Shown piece after piece: positions 1 to 9,404 of a DNA stretch of 64,000 bases (its first letter is position 1; each line of letters starts with the position of its first letter). The stretch comes from Anaerolineae bacterium (GTDB lineage Bacteria; Chloroflexota; Anaerolineae; S140-20). The stretch spans positions 1-64,000 of the forward strand of contig JALUTT010000144.1 in the NCBI GenBank assembly GCA_027021705.1, read 5' to 3'. Made by a program: the position numbers and the translations under genes. The notes under the pieces are model-generated. The model was not told the DNA's origin and did no database searches. It saw only the letters and a program-made list of their open reading frames with translations.

Positions 1-97
1 CGAGCACCTGCGGGACACGCTGGAGATGCTGCGGGGACAGTTGCACCGTTTCTTTGAGGACCTGGCTGCCCGGGAGGAGGAGGATGACCGCGACTGA
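1..97 (+). CDS. 3' end of an upstream gene, probably a HepT-like HEPN protein (partial)
   Basis: Frame 2 reads EHLRDTLEMLRGQLHRFFEDLAAREEEDDRD*, resembling the C-terminal helix of the HEPN at 440-952; it overlaps the next MNT start. Confidence 0.45.
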   Translation, partial: EHLRDTLEMLRGQLHRFFEDLAAREEEDDRD

Positions 98-443
98 GGC
101 AGCCTATCTGCGCACGGCTCGCCGCCGAGCGCGGGCAGAACGTCAGGCCCTCACCGAGCGGCGACAACGGGCCTGGGAAGTCGCCCGCAGAGCTGCCCAC
201 TTGTTGCGGGAGCGCTATCGGGCGAGGCGGGTTGTCGTCTTCGGTTCCCTGATCCACGAAGGGCGTTTCACCCTGCGCTCGGATGTAGATTTGGCCGTTT
301 GGGACCTTCCGTGGCCGGACTACCTGCATGCCCTTGGTGAAGTGCTGGACATGGATCCAGAGATCGAGGTCAATCTGGTAGACGTGGCTCTCTGCCACCC
401 GCTGCTCCGGGAGGCGATTGAGCGGGAAGGAGTTGAGCTATGA
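84..443 (+). CDS. Minimal nucleotidyltransferase (MNT) antitoxin
   Basis: FGS...SDVDLAV motif; ATG at 84 follows a GGAGGAGG RBS; ATGA overlap with HEPN. Confidence 0.88.
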   Translation: MTATEAAYLRTARRRARAERQALTERRQRAWEVARRAAHLLRERYRARRVVVFGSLIHEGRFTLRSDVDLAVWDLPWPDYLHALGEVLDMDPEIEVNLVDVALCHPLLREAIEREGVEL

Positions 444-952
444 TCCCTCGCCATTATGTTCTGGCTGACCGCATCGAACATGAGTTGACGCTGCTGGGCG
501 AGGTGGTTCAGAAGTGTGAGCAAGCGGTGGCCCGTGCGACTCAGCACCCGGCCGACCAGGAGTTCTACATCGCTGCCGCAGCGCTGCACTTGCACGACTT
601 CTACAACGGCTTGGAGCGGTTGTTCGAGATGATTGCCACGGAGATGGATCAGAGGGTACCAAGCGGTCGGGCGTGGCACCGAGAGTTGTTGACCCAAATG
701 ACTTTTCCTGTGACGGAGGTGCGACCGGCCGTGCTCGACCGAGAGACGGCCCGGCTCCTGGACGAGTACCTGCGGTTCCGCCACGTCGTGCGCCGGGTGT
801 ACGCGCTGCACTTGGACGCAGAACGGGTGGGCGTTCTGGTGACCCGGTTGCGCCCGACCTACGAACGCGCCCGGAAGGACCTGGAGCGATTCGCCCGTTT
901 TCTGCGGCGTTTGGCGCGGGCAGATGAGGAGACGCCGGGGGGAGAGAGATGA
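440..952 (+). CDS. HepT-like HEPN domain protein (toxin of MNT-HEPN pair)
   Basis: LHDFYNGLERLF, WHRELL and FRHVVRRVY motifs; coupled to upstream MNT. Confidence 0.85.
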   Translation: MIPRHYVLADRIEHELTLLGEVVQKCEQAVARATQHPADQEFYIAAAALHLHDFYNGLERLFEMIATEMDQRVPSGRAWHRELLTQMTFPVTEVRPAVLDRETARLLDEYLRFRHVVRRVYALHLDAERVGVLVTRLRPTYERARKDLERFARFLRRLARADEETPGGER

Positions 953-1323
953 CCACCCGCATGGAGGAGTTTGCGCCCTACATCGCCGGCCTGGTGGCCC
1001 GGGAGCGGGCGCGGCGACGACGGATGCGCCGGCGGGCAGCCCAAGCCGTAGAAGCGGCCCGAGCGGCGGCCCGGTTGCTGCGCCGGCGTTTCGGTGCGAC
1101 CCGGGTGCGCCTCTTCGGTTCGGCGCTGTACCCGGAGCGCTTCTACGAGCACTCCGATGTGGACCTGGCCGTCGAGGGACTGGACCCCAAGGACTATCTG
1201 CGGGCTTGGGTGGCCGTTAACGAGCCGGACATCTGCGGCGACTTCGAGTTCGACCTGGTCACGCCGGATATGTGCCGGCCGGCCATCTGAGAGAGTGTCG
1301 AGCGGGAAGGAGTGGACCTGTGA
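949..1323 (+). pseudogene. Second MNT antitoxin with premature TGA at 1288-1290
   Basis: FGS...SDVDLAV; reading through TGA gives ESVEREGVDL*, matching the paralog's EAIEREGVEL*; no HEPN partner follows. Confidence 0.75.
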
Positions 1324-2126
1324 CCCCCTTGTACCGGATCACAGCAGTAATTCCCGCCTACAATGAGGCCCCCCGCATTGGGGAGACGGTGCGGCGGGTG
1401 GCCGCTTTCGTGGATGAGGTCATCGTTGTGGACGACGGCAGCCACGACGGGACCGCCGAGGCCGCCCAGAAGGCCGGGGCGCGAGTGCTGCGGCAGCCGG
1501 TCAACCAGGGCTACATCGCCGCCATCAAGCGGGGCTTCGCCGAGGCCACAGGCGACGTGGTCGTGACCATAGACGCCGACGGTGAGTTCCCGGCCGAGGC
1601 GATCCCTGCCCTCGTCGCCCCCATCGAGCGCGGTGAGGCCGATATGGTGCAGGGGGCGCGGGACCGGGTGCCCCGGCCATCGGAGCGGTTCCTGAACTGG
1701 CTGGCCAACCGGGTGGCGCCGGTCGGGGATTCGGGTACGGGGCTGCGGGCCCTGCGGACGGACCTGGCCCGGCAGATGGAGATTCGGGGGGCCTGCATCT
1801 GTGGCGTCTTCGCCCTGGAGGCGGTCTGGCGAGGAGGACGCCTCGCCAACGTGCCGGTCCGGTTGGAGCGGGTGGCGAAGCCCCGGCGCATCGCCTGGTA
1901 TCACCTGCGTCAGCTCTTCTACCTGCTGCCCTGGCTGTGGCGGGTTCGCCGCCGGGGGAAGCGCTATGGGGGAGGAGAAGGGTGCGGGAATACTGGCTGG
2001 TGGGCCCGGACCATCGGTGGGCGGAGTTCTACCGGCTGGACGAAGAGGGCCGGTATCGGCGGGCCTTCGCCGGGACCGAGGGCGTCTACCGGAGTGAGGT
2101 CTTGTCAGGATTCTGGTTGCGAGTAG
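1320..2126 (+). CDS. Glycosyltransferase family 2 (DPM-synthase-like); C-terminus runs into the Uma2 remnant
   Basis: VIPAYNEA, VVDDGS-DGT and TIDADG motifs; GTG at 1320 overlaps the MNT TGA (GTGA). Confidence 0.85.
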   Translation: MTPLYRITAVIPAYNEAPRIGETVRRVAAFVDEVIVVDDGSHDGTAEAAQKAGARVLRQPVNQGYIAAIKRGFAEATGDVVVTIDADGEFPAEAIPALVAPIERGEADMVQGARDRVPRPSERFLNWLANRVAPVGDSGTGLRALRTDLARQMEIRGACICGVFALEAVWRGGRLANVPVRLERVAKPRRIAWYHLRQLFYLLPWLWRVRRRGKRYGGGEGCGNTGWWARTIGGRSSTGWTKRAGIGGPSPGPRASTGVRSCQDSGCE

Positions 2127-2278
2127 AGTGGCTGTGGCAGGATCCACTGCCCGAAGTGGAACGGACGGCTTGGGAGGTCCTCGGCTACGAGCAGGTCGTG
2201 CGCCGTTTGGTCCAGGCCGCCGGCATCGAAGAAGTGCGTCGCTTGCTACAACAATGGGAGGAACAGGGAGGTTCATAA
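1955..2278 (+). pseudogene. 5'-truncated Uma2 (DUF820) family endonuclease remnant
   Basis: VREYWLV.PD...AEFYRL...YRSEVL.GFWLRVEWLWQ is the Uma2 C-terminal half; N-terminal half and a proper start are missing. Confidence 0.7.
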
Positions 2279-3477
2279 TGCGCGTTTTCATCGCTGGTGT
2301 GGATGGCTATCTGGGATGGTCCCTGGCCCAGTACTTGGCTGCACGAGGCCACGAGGTTGCCGGGGCCGACATCTTCTTCCGCCGGAAGTGGGTGGAGGAG
2401 ATGGGCTCCTGGAGCGCTACCCCTATCCGACCGATGAAAGAGCGGCTGCAAGCCTTCAAGGAGCGCTTTGGCCGGGAGTTGCGCTTCTGGGAGGGCGACC
2501 TGCGGGAGTACGGGCTGGTGGAGCAGATCTTCCGGGAGTTCCAGCCTGATGCCATCGTCCACTTTGGCGAGTGCCCCTCGGCCCCCTACTCGATGATTGA
2601 CGTGCACCACGCCGTCTTCGTGCAGACCAACAACATCACCACGACCTTCAACCTGCTCTTTGCGATGCGGGACATTCGGCCGGAGGCCCACCTGGTGAAG
2701 CTGGGGACGATGGGGGAGTACGGGACGCCCAACGTGGACATCCCGGAGGGGTTCTTCGAGGTTGAGTACCGGGGCCGGCGGGATCGGCTGCCCTTCCCCC
2801 GGCAGGCGGGGTCGTGGTATCACTGGAGTAAGGTGCACGGGTCGAACAACATTATGTTCGCCTGCAACATCTGGGGGTTGCGGGCGACGGACATTATGCA
2901 GGGGGTGGTCTTCGGGACGCGAATCGAGGAGATGGGAGAAGACGAGCGGCTGCTGACGCGGCTGGACTTTGACCAGGCTTTCGGGACGGCGGTGAACCGG
3001 TTCTGCTGCCAGGCGGTGATCGGCCATCCGCTGACGCCCTTTGGGAAGGGGCATCAGAAGCGGGGCTTCCTGCCGTTGCGGGATTCGATGCAGTGTCTGA
3101 CGCTGGCGTTGGAGAACCCGGCGGCGAGGGGGGAGTATCGGGTCTTCAACCAGTTTCAGGAGGTGTACGACGTCACCGAGTTGGCGTTGAAGGTGCAGAA
3201 GGTGGCGGGGGAGTTGGGGCTAGAGGTGGAGGTGAGGAACCTGGAGAATCCGCGCAAGGAGATGGAGGAGCACTACTACAACCCGGACCATCAGTACCTG
3301 TTGGACCTGGGGTATCAGCCAACCCACGATGTGGAGGCGGAGATGCGGCTGATGATCCAGGACCTGATGAAGTATCGGGAGCGGATCGAGGCGAAGCGGG
3401 AGGTGTTGATCCCGGATGTGCGGTGGGATGGGCGGCGGGAGAAGGTGCGCTTCTTGGAGCCGACCCCCGTCCGCTGA
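2278..3477 (+). CDS. sqdB: UDP-sulfoquinovose synthase (SqdB/Agl3-like)
   Basis: GVDGYLGW, PSAPYSM, KLGTMGEYGTPN, YHWSKVH, RATDIMQGVVFG, NRFC.QA..GHPLT..GKG.Q.RG; RBS GGGAGG and TAATG coupling. Confidence 0.88.
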   Translation: MRVFIAGVDGYLGWSLAQYLAARGHEVAGADIFFRRKWVEEMGSWSATPIRPMKERLQAFKERFGRELRFWEGDLREYGLVEQIFREFQPDAIVHFGECPSAPYSMIDVHHAVFVQTNNITTTFNLLFAMRDIRPEAHLVKLGTMGEYGTPNVDIPEGFFEVEYRGRRDRLPFPRQAGSWYHWSKVHGSNNIMFACNIWGLRATDIMQGVVFGTRIEEMGEDERLLTRLDFDQAFGTAVNRFCCQAVIGHPLTPFGKGHQKRGFLPLRDSMQCLTLALENPAARGEYRVFNQFQEVYDVTELALKVQKVAGELGLEVEVRNLENPRKEMEEHYYNPDHQYLLDLGYQPTHDVEAEMRLMIQDLMKYRERIEAKREVLIPDVRWDGRREKVRFLEPTPVR

Positions 3478-3531
3478 GCATCGCCGGTCGGACGAATCCG
3501 CTGGGGGGTGAAGAGTTGTGAGGGTGGGAGA

Positions 3532-4494
3532 ATGAAGGTTCTCGTCACAGGCGGAGCCGGCTTCATCGGAGCCAACCTGGTGCGCTTGCTCCTGGAACAG
3601 GGCCACGCCGTCACCGTGCTGGACAACTTGAGCGCCGGGCGGCGGGCCTATCTGGAGGGGGTACCGCTCACCTTCGTCGAAGGGGACATCCTGGAGGCGG
3701 CGTTGGTGGAGCGGGTGGTTGCTGGGCACGACGGTGTGGTCCACCTGGCTGCCCAGACGGGGGTGCCCGGCTCGCTAGCGGATCCTCGGCGGGACTGCGA
3801 GGTCAACGTGATCGGAACGCTCAACGTTCTGGAAGCGTGTCGGCAGGCCGGCGTGGAGCGGTTCGTCTTCGCCTCGTCCAACGCCCCGTTGGGCCGTCAG
3901 TCGCCGCCGGCGACCGAGGAGAAGGCGCCGCTGCCCATCTCGCCGTATGGGGCCAGCAAGCTGGCGGGGGAGGGGTACAGTCTGGCCTACCACGGTTCGT
4001 GGGGGTTGGGGACGGTGGTGTTGCGCTTTGCCAACGTCTACGGGCCCTATTCGGCGCACAAGGGCAGCGTGGTGGCGAAGTTCTTCAAGGACATTCTGGC
4101 GGGTCGGGGGCTCACCATAGACGGGGATGGGGGGCAGACGCGGGACTTCATCTACGTGGGGGATCTGTGCCGGGCCATCCTGTTGGCGTTGGAAAGTGGG
4201 GTGAGCGGGGAGGTCTTTCAGATCGCCACCGGGGTGGAGACGAGCATTCGGTCGCTGGCGGGGATGGTCCAGGAGATTGTAGGGAGGGATGTGGGGGTTC
4301 AGTATGGTCCACCGCGCCAGGGGGATATTCGCAAGAACTATTCGGCGATCCGTAAGGCGCGGAGAATCCTGGGATGGTATCCCCAGGTCTCCCTGGAAGT
4401 GGGCCTGCGGGATACCTGGGCCTGGTTCTCGACCCATTGGAGTGAGAAGAGGGCGGGAGCGGATGCAGGAGTGGAGCCCGTACAGACAGGCTGA
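3532..4494 (+). CDS. NAD-dependent nucleotide-sugar epimerase/dehydratase
   Basis: VLVTGGAGFIG, YGASK, RFANVYGP, GDGGQTRDFIYV. Confidence 0.9.
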   Translation: MKVLVTGGAGFIGANLVRLLLEQGHAVTVLDNLSAGRRAYLEGVPLTFVEGDILEAALVERVVAGHDGVVHLAAQTGVPGSLADPRRDCEVNVIGTLNVLEACRQAGVERFVFASSNAPLGRQSPPATEEKAPLPISPYGASKLAGEGYSLAYHGSWGLGTVVLRFANVYGPYSAHKGSVVAKFFKDILAGRGLTIDGDGGQTRDFIYVGDLCRAILLALESGVSGEVFQIATGVETSIRSLAGMVQEIVGRDVGVQYGPPRQGDIRKNYSAIRKARRILGWYPQVSLEVGLRDTWAWFSTHWSEKRAGADAGVEPVQTG

Positions 4495-4530
4495 GTAGCT
4501 GACGGCCCTGGCGAGTTGGAGCAGCGGAAG

Positions 4531-6069
4531 ATGGCTAGAGGGAAGCGATGGTTGGTTGTGCTGGTTGCCGTCCTGATCGGCCTACGCTATCTGGTTACAC
4601 TGCCCTATCTGACGAGGCCCCTACCGGCCTCCTACCATCCGGGTAACGAGGCTGTTGTGACCTCAGCGGCTCTCCTCCGCTACCGGTATGGACTGGCGGC
4701 CCTCCAGGTAGTCGCTCCCCTCGAGGGCCGGGTAGAGGCACGTTTGCATTCCTGGTTGACCGTTCCACTGCTCGCCTTGGGGTATGTGGAAGGCGGTCGT
4801 CTGGTCTCCTGGCTGGCCTCTCTGGCGAGCTTGGCAGTGCTCTTCCTCGTGGGCCGACGGGGGTGGGGTACCAGCGTTGGAGCATTGGGGGCGTTCTTGC
4901 TCTCTATGTCCCCCACCTTTGTGCTCTTCAGCTATCATATCCTCCCGGCAAATCTTTCCATCCTCTTCACATCCCTGGCTGTGCTCCTGGCTATGTCGCC
5001 TTCCTCCCTAACCCGATGGCGGGGAGCGCTCCTGCTGGCCGCCTTCACCCTTGGGGCCCTCAACCACATCTGGGAAGCAGCGATCCTTCTGCCCCTTCTG
5101 GTCCTGCTCTACAAAAAGCAAGCCCGGGGCTGGATGGTGGGTCTGCTCATCCTTGGTGTGTTGGTCAGCGGGGTCAATATCTTTGTCTTCGGTACCAACT
5201 ACTTCCAGGTCCCCTTGGGCCAGCAGCACCATATCCGGCAGTACTCCTTTCTCCACAACGCCGATCTCTTCCTCTCCCCCCGCTGGTGGCTGCCTGTGGA
5301 CCGTACAGGGTCATTTCCCGACCTGGTGGCCAGCGTCTACTTCCTGCTGGCTCTGGGAGGGATGCTTTACGCAGCCTACCGCTGGCTCCGAGGTGATGGC
5401 GGTGATCGGGCCTTGCTGCTGGCGAGTTGGCTCGTAGCGGGCCTGGTGCCCATCTTCCTCCTCCCGCGCCACTACGTTTCCCATGACTACAGTGTGTGGG
5501 GAACGCTGGTGCCCGTCAGCCTGGGCCTGGCCATCGTGGCCGATCGGATTGTGAAGCGCCTGGACAATCGCTTTGTGGTCCTTCTGCTCTTGGGAGGAAC
5601 GCTGCTGGGAGCGGGACTCCCGATCGTGGCCGAGCGGCGGCTGCAGGATCAACCCTATCCCTTGAGGGAGAAGCTGGCAATTCGCGAGGCCGGCCTCAAG
5701 CTGTCCCAATTCCTGGCTGCATCGGACGTGAAGCCGAGCGAGATCACCTTCCTCGTCGAGCCAGACCGGGCTACGGAGACGGCCCGCCATTACTTCAGTG
5801 TGCGCCCTCGTCTCGCTTCCTTCTTGCTCTACGCCGGTGTGGTCCCGGTCTACCACAACGGGTTGCAACAGCGCGTGGTGGACAACGTGCCGCCGGACCG
5901 GTTTCCGGCCCCTGATGTCGTTGACGACCCGGCGGGGGTCTCTGAGCAGACTCGCCTTCTCGTCGGCACGCGGGAAGCGCTGGCGCAAGGTTCTATGGGG
6001 TCGGTGTGGGGTGACCGCTACGAGTGGTGGCTGGATCTCGAGGACGTGGTCGTGCTGGTGAGGCGGTGA
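4531..6069 (+). CDS. Polytopic membrane protein, GT-C/ArnT-PMT-like glycosyltransferase
   Basis: Many hydrophobic segments, N-terminal loop (HPGNE), GRLVS...LLSMSP pattern; glycan locus context. Confidence 0.55.
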   Translation: MARGKRWLVVLVAVLIGLRYLVTLPYLTRPLPASYHPGNEAVVTSAALLRYRYGLAALQVVAPLEGRVEARLHSWLTVPLLALGYVEGGRLVSWLASLASLAVLFLVGRRGWGTSVGALGAFLLSMSPTFVLFSYHILPANLSILFTSLAVLLAMSPSSLTRWRGALLLAAFTLGALNHIWEAAILLPLLVLLYKKQARGWMVGLLILGVLVSGVNIFVFGTNYFQVPLGQQHHIRQYSFLHNADLFLSPRWWLPVDRTGSFPDLVASVYFLLALGGMLYAAYRWLRGDGGDRALLLASWLVAGLVPIFLLPRHYVSHDYSVWGTLVPVSLGLAIVADRIVKRLDNRFVVLLLLGGTLLGAGLPIVAERRLQDQPYPLREKLAIREAGLKLSQFLAASDVKPSEITFLVEPDRATETARHYFSVRPRLASFLLYAGVVPVYHNGLQQRVVDNVPPDRFPAPDVVDDPAGVSEQTRLLVGTREALAQGSMGSVWGDRYEWWLDLEDVVVLVRR

Positions 6070-7532
6070 TGGGCTTGCAGGCGCGGGAGGTTGCTGCACG
6101 GGCCGTCCAGGGCTCCCTGTTCAACGTAGGTGCCTCGCTCATCACGGCCACCAGCGGCTTTGCCCGCTCGGTGCTCTTGGCTCGGCTGCTGGCCCCGGAG
6201 CAGTTCGGGGTGATGACCCTGGCCCTCTTCTTCCTCTCGCTGGTCACCCAAGCCCAGCGCCTGGGGTTCAATCGGGCCTTCATCCACCGTCAGGACGACT
6301 CACCGGATAACCTGGCGACCTTTGCGACGCTGCGCATTGGGTTGACCGGGGTGGCCGTGCTCCTGGCCCTGGCCGGAGCGCCCATCCTGGGGCATCTCTA
6401 TCCAGACCATCCCGGTCTGGCTTCCGTATTGGCTGTGCTTGCCCTGCTGGAGGTGGCGCGGGCCTTCAACGGCGTGGCCGAGACCCTGCTGACGCGGGCG
6501 TTGCAGTTCCGTCGGCTGGCTGCCATCAATGTGGCCAGTTCCCTGACGATGACCGTGGTGGCCCCTCTGGTCGCCCTGGCCGGCGGCGGTATCTGGGCGC
6601 TGGTGGCGGAGCAGGCCACGGGCGTCTTGGTGAGGATGGCAGGATTGTGGCTCTACCGTCGGCCCTGGCGGCCCCGGTTCGGCCTGAACCGTGACCTGGC
6701 GCGGTGGTACTTCCGATTTGGAACGTTCGTCTTCGCCAACACGAACCTGACCTTTCTTCTGGATCGCTTTGACGACTTCTGGACGGGGACATACCTGGGC
6801 GCGACGGCACTGGGCTTCTACTCGCGGGCCTATGAGTTCGCTCGTTACCCGCGCCGCCTGCTCTCCGGTCCCTTGGTGCAAGTCTTCTTCCCCACTTTCG
6901 CCTTGCTGCAGCGGGATCGGCTGCGCCTTTCCAGGGCGTTCTATCGGATCAGCAGCCTCATCATCCGTGTGGGGTTCCTGGTCTTTGGCGTGGCCTCCTT
7001 GGTCGCTCCCGAGTTCATCCGGCTCATCCTGGGGCCGCGCTGGATGCCTATGGCCGTCACGTTTCAGTTGATGTTGGTCTACACTCTGTTTGATCCTCTG
7101 GTGACGGTTTGCGGCAACCTACTGTCCGCTCTCGGGCAGCCCCAGCGTCTGACCCGAATCCAGTTCGTCCGCGTGGTGGTCTTCATCCCAGCCGTTATCC
7201 TCTTTTCAAAAGTGTCGCGTGACATCAACGGGGTAGCATTGGCCGTGGATTTGATGTTGCTGGTAGGCATCATCTTGCTGTTCCATCAGGTCAGGGAGCA
7301 CGTGGATTTCTCCCTCAAGCGCTTGTTGCTGGTGCCCTCCTTGGGATTGGGGGTAGGCGTTGGGGGTGCGCTTGGAACGGCCACCCTGTTTGCCTGGAGC
7401 AGCGACTGGGCCTCGTTGGTCGGCAAGTTCACGGTTGCTGCCGGACTCTACCTGGCGGTCTCGCTGGCCCTGGAGGGGCAGCAGTACGTCTACGGAGTTC
7501 GCACGCTATGGCATCATCTGCATTCAGGGTGA
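6069..7532 (+). CDS. Polysaccharide flippase (Wzx/MOP family)
   Basis: LARLLAPEQFG, ALGFYSRA, many TM helices. Confidence 0.88.
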   Translation: MGLQAREVAARAVQGSLFNVGASLITATSGFARSVLLARLLAPEQFGVMTLALFFLSLVTQAQRLGFNRAFIHRQDDSPDNLATFATLRIGLTGVAVLLALAGAPILGHLYPDHPGLASVLAVLALLEVARAFNGVAETLLTRALQFRRLAAINVASSLTMTVVAPLVALAGGGIWALVAEQATGVLVRMAGLWLYRRPWRPRFGLNRDLARWYFRFGTFVFANTNLTFLLDRFDDFWTGTYLGATALGFYSRAYEFARYPRRLLSGPLVQVFFPTFALLQRDRLRLSRAFYRISSLIIRVGFLVFGVASLVAPEFIRLILGPRWMPMAVTFQLMLVYTLFDPLVTVCGNLLSALGQPQRLTRIQFVRVVVFIPAVILFSKVSRDINGVALAVDLMLLVGIILLFHQVREHVDFSLKRLLLVPSLGLGVGVGGALGTATLFAWSSDWASLVGKFTVAAGLYLAVSLALEGQQYVYGVRTLWHHLHSG

Positions 7533-8350
7533 AGGCCCCGTTCTCCGGGACAGGCCCGCTTATCATCATCGGGATGCACCGCTCGGGTACCTCGTTCATC
7601 ACCCGCCTCCTGTCAGAATTGGGAGTCTATGTGGGCCGCGCCTTGGACAGCCACCACGAGTCCATATGTTTCAAGCGGGTTAACCGGCAGCTTCTGTGGG
7701 ATCAGGGGGCGCATTGGGCACGACCAGAACCTTTTCTCCGACGGCTGGCCGATCCGCAGTTCGTGCGTGAGGGGGCTCAACGGGCCGTCGCGCTGCTGGA
7801 GCAATGGAGGGATTTGTACGGCGAAGTGGCGGAAGGGGAGTTGTGGGGATGGAAGGACCCCAGAAACACCCTGACGCTGCCGATCTGGCTTAAGGTGTTC
7901 CCCTCCGCCCGCGTCCTCCACGTCGTCCGCCACGGCATTGACGTGGCCTTGAGTCTCTACAGGCGCGAGTGGAGACGGTATCTCCGGTCATCGCGGGAGC
8001 GGCGGATGTTCCCTCCTACCATCGGAGCCGGCTACAGGCTCTGGCGCACCTACGTGGAGGTGGGCTTGCGCTTGGAGCAAGAGGCCCCCGGTGCGGGGGT
8101 GATGCGTCTACGCTACGAAGATATGCTCGCCCACCCCCGGCAAAGCATCGAGTCGTTGGTCCGCTTCGTGGGGCTGGAAGTGGATGCGGAAACGGCGAGC
8201 GCCCTGGTAGGGCGTATTGCCAGAAGCCCCACCAAGCCATCCCGGTGGGAAGCCCTGTGGGTGCGTCTGTTGCTCGGGCTGAGGGGGATAGATCCCACCC
8301 CCTTGGTCCGCCTTGGGTACGACGTGAGTTGGCCGGATAGACGCCTGTAG
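7508..8350 (+). CDS. Sulfotransferase
   Basis: IIGMHRSGTS PAPS loop, WGWKDPR, VRHGIDVALS, LRYED. Confidence 0.9.
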   Translation: MASSAFRVKAPFSGTGPLIIIGMHRSGTSFITRLLSELGVYVGRALDSHHESICFKRVNRQLLWDQGAHWARPEPFLRRLADPQFVREGAQRAVALLEQWRDLYGEVAEGELWGWKDPRNTLTLPIWLKVFPSARVLHVVRHGIDVALSLYRREWRRYLRSSRERRMFPPTIGAGYRLWRTYVEVGLRLEQEAPGAGVMRLRYEDMLAHPRQSIESLVRFVGLEVDAETASALVGRIARSPTKPSRWEALWVRLLLGLRGIDPTPLVRLGYDVSWPDRRL

Positions 8351-8363
8351 GTTGAGATGGGCT

Positions 8364-9404
8364 ATGCCTGACCTGCTCTTTGTCCCTTCAGGGACGGTGC
8401 TCAGTGCCAGCAGCCGCTATCGGGTGTATCAGTACCTAGAGCCCTTGCGTCGCCGTGGTTTCAGAAGCAGGTTGTTGCGCTATCCTGATACGCCATCGCC
8501 GATACGACGGCTGGCCTACTTTGCCCGGCTGGCCTGCATCGCGCCGCGGGTGGACGTTGTGGTGGTGCAGAAGCGGCTCTTCCCCCGCTTCCTGCCGATG
8601 TTGCGCCGTCTGAACCCTCGGATCGTCTACGACTTCGACGATGCGCTCTTCGCCCGCTCATCGGCGGCACGGCAGGCCGGTGTGGGGCACCGCCCATCCG
8701 GTGACGGTGCCCAACTCCTGGATATGACGCTCCGGCTGGCGCGCCACATCGTGGCCGGCAACGAGTATCTGGCGGCTTACGCCCGTCGGCTGAATCCCAA
8801 CGTGACCGTCATCCCAACGGTTGTAGACCTCTCCCGCTACCCACCTCGGCCCATCCCCCCACAGCAGGCCGAGAGGCCTGTGACGCTGGGATGGGTGGGC
8901 AACAGCGAGAACTTGATCTACCTTCAGGACCTGGTTCCTGTCTTCCTGCGGCTGGTGGACCGTCTCGGCGGGGGCTTTCGCCTGCACGTGATCAGCGATC
9001 GCCGCCCTGCGATGCCGGAGGCGATCCCGCTGCACTTCCAACCCTGGCGACTGGAGAGCGAGGTCGAAGACCTCTACGCTTTCGACGTGGGCCTGATGCC
9101 CCTGCGGGACAATGAGTGGACGCGGGGCAAGTGTGCCTTCAAGGCGATCCAGTATATGGCGTTGGGCATTCCCACCGTGGCCTCGCCCGTCGGGGCCAAC
9201 GTGGACCTGATCGAGCACCGGGTCAATGGCCTGCTGGCAGCAGGGGAGGAGGAGTGGGTGGAGAGTCTGATAAGCCTGATTCAGGATGGGCAGCTTCGGC
9301 GCAGACTGGGGATGGCCGGGCGCAGAACCGTCGTCGAGCGGTACTCTCTGGATGTGGCGTTGCCGAAGTTGATCTGCGTGTTGCGTGAGGTGATGGCGTC
9401 GTGA
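8364..9404 (+). CDS. Glycosyltransferase family 4
   Basis: SSRYRVYQY, YDFDDA, GKCAFKAIQYMA.GIP.VASPVG. Confidence 0.88.
   Translation: MPDLLFVPSGTVLSASSRYRVYQYLEPLRRRGFRSRLLRYPDTPSPIRRLAYFARLACIAPRVDVVVVQKRLFPRFLPMLRRLNPRIVYDFDDALFARSSAARQAGVGHRPSGDGAQLLDMTLRLARHIVAGNEYLAAYARRLNPNVTVIPTVVDLSRYPPRPIPPQQAERPVTLGWVGNSENLIYLQDLVPVFLRLVDRLGGGFRLHVISDRRPAMPEAIPLHFQPWRLESEVEDLYAFDVGLMPLRDNEWTRGKCAFKAIQYMALGIPTVASPVGANVDLIEHRVNGLLAAGEEEWVESLISLIQDGQLRRRLGMAGRRTVVERYSLDVALPKLICVLREVMAS

Noticed and set aside
1288..1290. Selenocysteine read-through in MNT
   Set aside because: The aligned residue in the paralog is Arg, not Cys, and no SECIS-like hairpin is evident
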